The position numbers and the translations under genes were made by a program. A stretch of DNA of 64,000 nt from Gemmatimonadota bacterium (GTDB lineage: Bacteria > Gemmatimonadota > Gemmatimonadetes > Gemmatimonadales > GWC2-71-9): the NCBI GenBank assembly GCA_036679605.1, contig JAZDCZ010000409.1:1-64000 (forward strand), in the 5' to 3' direction. Shown here piece by piece: positions 60,290 through 64,000 of this stretch. Every line of letters begins with the position of its first letter. The stretch's first letter is position 1. Below the pieces are notes generated by a model that ran no database searches, was not told where the DNA came from, and was given only the letters and a program-made list of their open reading frames with translations.

Positions 60290-60688
60290 GTGATTCCTTC
60301 TGATGCTCGGATCGCCCATATCGGCATCGCAGTAGCCGACCTGGATCAGGCAGCAACGTTCTACCGCGAGATCTTGGGGCTCGAACCTTCCACTATTGTA
60401 ACAGCAGACGGCGCCAGAATTGTTTCCTTGAATCTTGGCGGCGTCGAGATCGAACTCCTAACCTCCGAGGAACCCGAGAGTCCGATAGCCAAGTTCTTGG
60501 CCAAACGCGGGCCCGGAATTCACCATATTTGCTATCGCGTGCCCGACCTGGAGCAGACGCTGAGCCTCTGCCGTGAACATGGCTACCGGCTCGTAGACCA
60601 AGCCCCACGACAGGGAGCCTCCGGACACAAAGTGGCCTTCTTACATCCCAAGGCGACAAACGGCATCCTGATGGAATTTACCGAATAA
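60290..60688 (+). CDS. mce: Methylmalonyl-CoA epimerase
   Basis: IAHIGIAV, IELL, GPGIHHI, FLHPKATNGILME. Confidence 0.9.
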   Translation: MIPSDARIAHIGIAVADLDQAATFYREILGLEPSTIVTADGARIVSLNLGGVEIELLTSEEPESPIAKFLAKRGPGIHHICYRVPDLEQTLSLCREHGYRLVDQAPRQGASGHKVAFLHPKATNGILMEFTE

Positions 60689-60726
60689 TCCTTGGTCGCG
60701 CAGGACCTGGTTAGCTCTTGTGCGTA

Positions 60727-61209
60727 CTAATCGGTGCCGCAGTGCCGGACTGGATTCCCTCTCGCCTCCAGATCGATTTCACTAATCAGCCAGCCCCCGC
60801 GGTAAGTTATCAGGGTGAACGGTACGACAGGCGTACACCCATTGCGTGTAATTTGGACGTACACCACCTGTTCGCCCGGTTTGATGCCGAATTTGGGACT
60901 CAGCCCTCCGTCAGAGACTATCTGAAATTCTTCGTGCTCCAAATAGACTTTCATTATGGTGAGCCGTTGTTGCCACACGTCGGCGTCCATTTTCTCTGAT
61001 GCCGGCCCGCCCTTGGTGCCCCAGAATTCTCCCATGGCCACCAGGCTATTGGCATTCACTGCGTTCAAGAACCCACGGACTGTGGCTTCTGGACTGGCCG
61101 GTGGGAGCACTGACGAACCGCCGCTGCATGAGACGACCGCCAGCACCGCCATAATCGGTATAAGTTGACGGCCTGGTTGCGCAATCTGGGAAATCGTCGT
61201 GAATTTCAT
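60727..61209 (-). CDS. Hypothetical lipoprotein
   Basis: Lipobox VVSC; ARGNPVRHC tail. Confidence 0.7.
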   Translation of the reverse strand: MKFTTISQIAQPGRQLIPIMAVLAVVSCSGGSSVLPPASPEATVRGFLNAVNANSLVAMGEFWGTKGGPASEKMDADVWQQRLTIMKVYLEHEEFQIVSDGGLSPKFGIKPGEQVVYVQITRNGCTPVVPFTLITYRGGWLISEIDLEARGNPVRHCGTD

Positions 61210-61256
61210 CTGCAGCTCAAAGTTATAGCTTTCGAAAATTCAGGGCAAGGATCGGA

Positions 61257-62003
61257 ATGCGATTATACATCAACGTTGACCATGTAGCCACAATCAGGCA
61301 GGCACGGCGGACTGACGAACCAGATCCGGCGGAGGCAGCCGTTCTGTGTGAACGGGCCGGTGCCGACGGAATTACGATCCACCTAAGGGAGGACCGGCGA
61401 CACATACAGGATGACGACGTGCGTAGAATCGCCGCAAGCATAGGTACGGTGCTCAACCTGGAACTGGCGACTGCCGCGGACGTGGTAGCGGTGGCGACCG
61501 ACATCAAGCCCTACCAGGCTACAGTTGTCCCGGAACGGCGTGAGGAGATCACAACCGAGGGCGGTCTCGATTTGCCCGCAGCCGGCGATGGGAGGGCCCG
61601 TCTCCTGGAGACGATCCAACGACTCGCCGACTCCGGTATTCGAGTCAGCCTGTTCATAGATCCGAACATCGAGACAATCGATCGCGCAGCGGAACTAGGG
61701 GTTCCCGCCATCGAACTGCACACCGGAGAGTACGCGAACAACTATCGTTCATCCAACGAGGCGCTCGAGAGGTTGAAGCAAGCAACCGATCACGGCCAGC
61801 GAGCCGGTTTGGCCGTACACGCCGGCCACGGCCTGACCTACCGCAACGTCGAGCCCGTAGCGGCGATCCGCCAGATCGAGGAGCTGAACATTGGTCACAG
61901 CATCGTGAGCCGCAGTGTGACGGTCGGTATAGAATCTGCGGTCCGTGAGATGAAGACCCTGATCGACGGCGTCAGCGTTGACCGTGATCCGGACGGGTCA
62001 TAA
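61257..62003 (+). CDS. pdxJ: Pyridoxine 5'-phosphate synthase
   Basis: NVDHVATIRQAR, HLREDRRHI, TTEGG, ELHTG, HAGHGL, ELNIGH. Confidence 0.96.
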   Translation: MRLYINVDHVATIRQARRTDEPDPAEAAVLCERAGADGITIHLREDRRHIQDDDVRRIAASIGTVLNLELATAADVVAVATDIKPYQATVVPERREEITTEGGLDLPAAGDGRARLLETIQRLADSGIRVSLFIDPNIETIDRAAELGVPAIELHTGEYANNYRSSNEALERLKQATDHGQRAGLAVHAGHGLTYRNVEPVAAIRQIEELNIGHSIVSRSVTVGIESAVREMKTLIDGVSVDRDPDGS

Positions 62004-62032
62004 CTTACCAACCCTTTTCTTCCTGCTCTTAG

Positions 62033-63679
62033 ATGAACGAACAGATGGGCCTAATAGAGTTCTTTGCCATGGAGGCCGCCGACTATCTCGAGCGGCTGGA
62101 CGGTTTGTTGTCCGGCTCTGCCGAGCCTGACAGCGGCGAGTTCGTTCGGCTCACTCGGGCCCTGCGTGGTTCCGCCCTCATGGCCAACCAACGGGGAATC
62201 GGCGCCGCTTCGGAAGCGTTCGAGGATCTGGCCCGGGCGTTCAAGGAGCAACGCGTCGAGTGGAACGAGGCTATTAAGCAAACGGCTATTCGGGCGGTAG
62301 ACGATCTCAAGATTCTGGTGCGCAGTGTGGGCCAGTGGAGCGAAGCCGAAGACGCACAAGTCGCGAAGCTCGCCGCAACCTTGAAAGGCGCTGCTGGTGG
62401 CGCAACTCCGGATGAGCCGTCGCAAGTCGAGACCGGGCTTGATTCCGGCACCCGGGCGTTCATCGCGAGGGAAGGCGCTTCGGTCGCAAGTGCTCTAAAG
62501 GAACTCGGACAAGGTATCCAACAAGGAGCCATAAAGACCGGTCAACTGGACAGCGTTCTGAGGTCGATGCAGCCGCTCAGGGGTCTGGCGGTGCTGTCAG
62601 AACTCTCGCCCATCCCCGAATTGCTTGCTGGTGTGGATCGGGCAGTGAGTGTCGTGTTACAGCAGCCCGATCAACCCAACGATACCGCGCTCTTGTTCGA
62701 CGTGGCGGCTAGAGCCCTGTCGGGCGCCGCCCAGCAGGTCGCGGCGACCGGCGAGCCGAACCCCGACTCCCCGGAGGCCGGTGAGTTTGCACGACGCTTA
62801 CATGAGTTGCTGGACATCGGTGGCGAAATCGTTGACATAGAGTCGCTGTACTATGACGATGATGGGCCTCACGTTGTACACGAGGGAATCCAGCCGATCG
62901 CTCCGGGACGGCTCGTCGCGTTGGAGTTGGTGGCTCACGGTGAACATCTGAAGCAAGCGGCGGACGAACTCGAGCGGGCCCAGTGGGATACTCAACGCGA
63001 ACTGCGGGCGCTGGCGCTGGCCGGGACATTTAGATCGCTAGTTTCGGCGGCCGGTAGCACGTTGGCCCCCGCAATGACCGCGTTTACAGAGGCCGCCCAC
63101 AACGCGGTGCACCGCGGGGTCCCGCTACATCGAACTGCTGGGTTCGTCACTCAATTGCGCAAGGTCGGAGTCGCACTGACGGGTGCGGCGGAGGGTGAGG
63201 AGCTGCGATTGGAGCAGCAGCTATCCGAGGTAACGACCGCACTGGAGGCATTACAGGCAGCAACGCCTGACGCCGTGGTAGACCACTCCGAAATCGCTCT
63301 CGCCGACGGGCCGCCAAGCCGACCGCCTGCCCCATCGGCGGCAGTTTTGAGTCCGACCAAGTCCGTGGCATCGGAGGCGGGCCCCACTGATCTCGCCGAC
63401 AGCTGGATTGATTACGAGAACATTTCTAGCTCGCCCGGGCTGGGTGAGCCCTCTCTTGAAGAACTCCTCTCTGGATCACCGGCCACACCGGACAAAGCCG
63501 CCGAGGAAGATCTCGTCGCGATTAACGAGCTGTGCTATTCCGGTTCTGCCGCGATCGGGAGGGCTCACGACATACGGAGCGAAATCCAAGAAGTCTTAGC
63601 GGTAACAGCGATCGACCGGCCGGCTCTCAACGATCTCGTGGAGGAACTCCTAGATCTCGTCGAACTCGGCCAGCGCTAA
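62033..63679 (+). CDS. Hypothetical protein with N-terminal Hpt-like helical domain
   Basis: FFAMEAADYLERL..RALRGSALMA; Arg at the usual His position. Confidence 0.7.
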   Translation: MNEQMGLIEFFAMEAADYLERLDGLLSGSAEPDSGEFVRLTRALRGSALMANQRGIGAASEAFEDLARAFKEQRVEWNEAIKQTAIRAVDDLKILVRSVGQWSEAEDAQVAKLAATLKGAAGGATPDEPSQVETGLDSGTRAFIAREGASVASALKELGQGIQQGAIKTGQLDSVLRSMQPLRGLAVLSELSPIPELLAGVDRAVSVVLQQPDQPNDTALLFDVAARALSGAAQQVAATGEPNPDSPEAGEFARRLHELLDIGGEIVDIESLYYDDDGPHVVHEGIQPIAPGRLVALELVAHGEHLKQAADELERAQWDTQRELRALALAGTFRSLVSAAGSTLAPAMTAFTEAAHNAVHRGVPLHRTAGFVTQLRKVGVALTGAAEGEELRLEQQLSEVTTALEALQAATPDAVVDHSEIALADGPPSRPPAPSAAVLSPTKSVASEAGPTDLADSWIDYENISSSPGLGEPSLEELLSGSPATPDKAAEEDLVAINELCYSGSAAIGRAHDIRSEIQEVLAVTAIDRPALNDLVEELLDLVELGQR

Positions 63680-63686
63680 TAACACA

Positions 63687-64000
63687 GGGTCCCGTCGATT
63701 CGGCTGGACCGGTGTCATTGGGCTCGTCATCTCCGTCGCACTTCTCTGGTGGACGCTGCACGACGTATCGCTTTCCGAGGTCTGGGACCGCGTGCGCGGT
63801 GTGCGGGTGTTGCCCTTCTTGGCCGCCATAGCTGCCGCCACTCTCACCTTTCCTTTGCGCACCGTTCGCTGGCAATACCTTCTGAGGTTTGAGGGCAGCA
63901 CTCTCCCGCTTGTTCCACTGTGGCATGCAACAGCCATCGGATTCATGGCAACCAACCTGCTGCCCGCCCGAGCCGGCGAGTTCGCACGAGCCTATGCGGT
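63687..64000 (+). CDS. Partial lysylphosphatidylglycerol-synthase TM (flippase-like) protein; start unresolved
   Basis: Manual translation: GLVISVALLWWTL...RTVRWQYLL...IGFMATNLLPARAGEFARAY. Confidence 0.8.

Noticed and set aside
1..64000. CRISPR array, IS element, integrase or att duplication of tRNA 3' ends
   Set aside because: None seen by eye, so mobility of the metal cluster is not demonstrated in this window.

Overview
This ~60-63% GC bacterial window is most consistent with Gemmatimonadota (inferred from the kinase-TPR gene, 6-bladed propeller genes and housekeeping gene order). Positions 1-28.1 kb form a heavy-metal cluster with four parts. (1) A Czc-type RND system with a PII-like protein and a P1B-2 ATPase. 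(2) An atypical mer operon: merR, merT, an HMA gene, a thioredoxin-like gene, DUF302, a membrane protein, and merA carrying two N-terminal YHS/TRASH-like repeats. (3) An operon behind a ZntR-type operator, led by a YPC-motif P1B ATPase. (4) A Cus/Sil-type RND system. The top observation is an in-frame TGA at the first Cys position of the MerP-like GMTCxxC motif (GMT-U-PTC), followed by a SECIS-like hairpin, i.e. a candidate selenocysteine Hg-binding protein. Both RND operons are also preceded by secreted leader ORFs ending in Pro-rich motifs, followed by RNA structures that overlap or abut the next ribosome-binding site. Positions 28-43 kb are accessory: isatin-hydrolase-like/IorAB genes, an octaheme HAO-like cytochrome, a frameshifted kinase and an AAA ATPase. 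Positions 43-64 kb hold two tRNA-Ser genes and core genes (add, DinG-type helicase, rsmI, trxA, mce, pdxJ). No CRISPR array, transposase or integrase was seen. All family calls come from motif recognition, not database searches.
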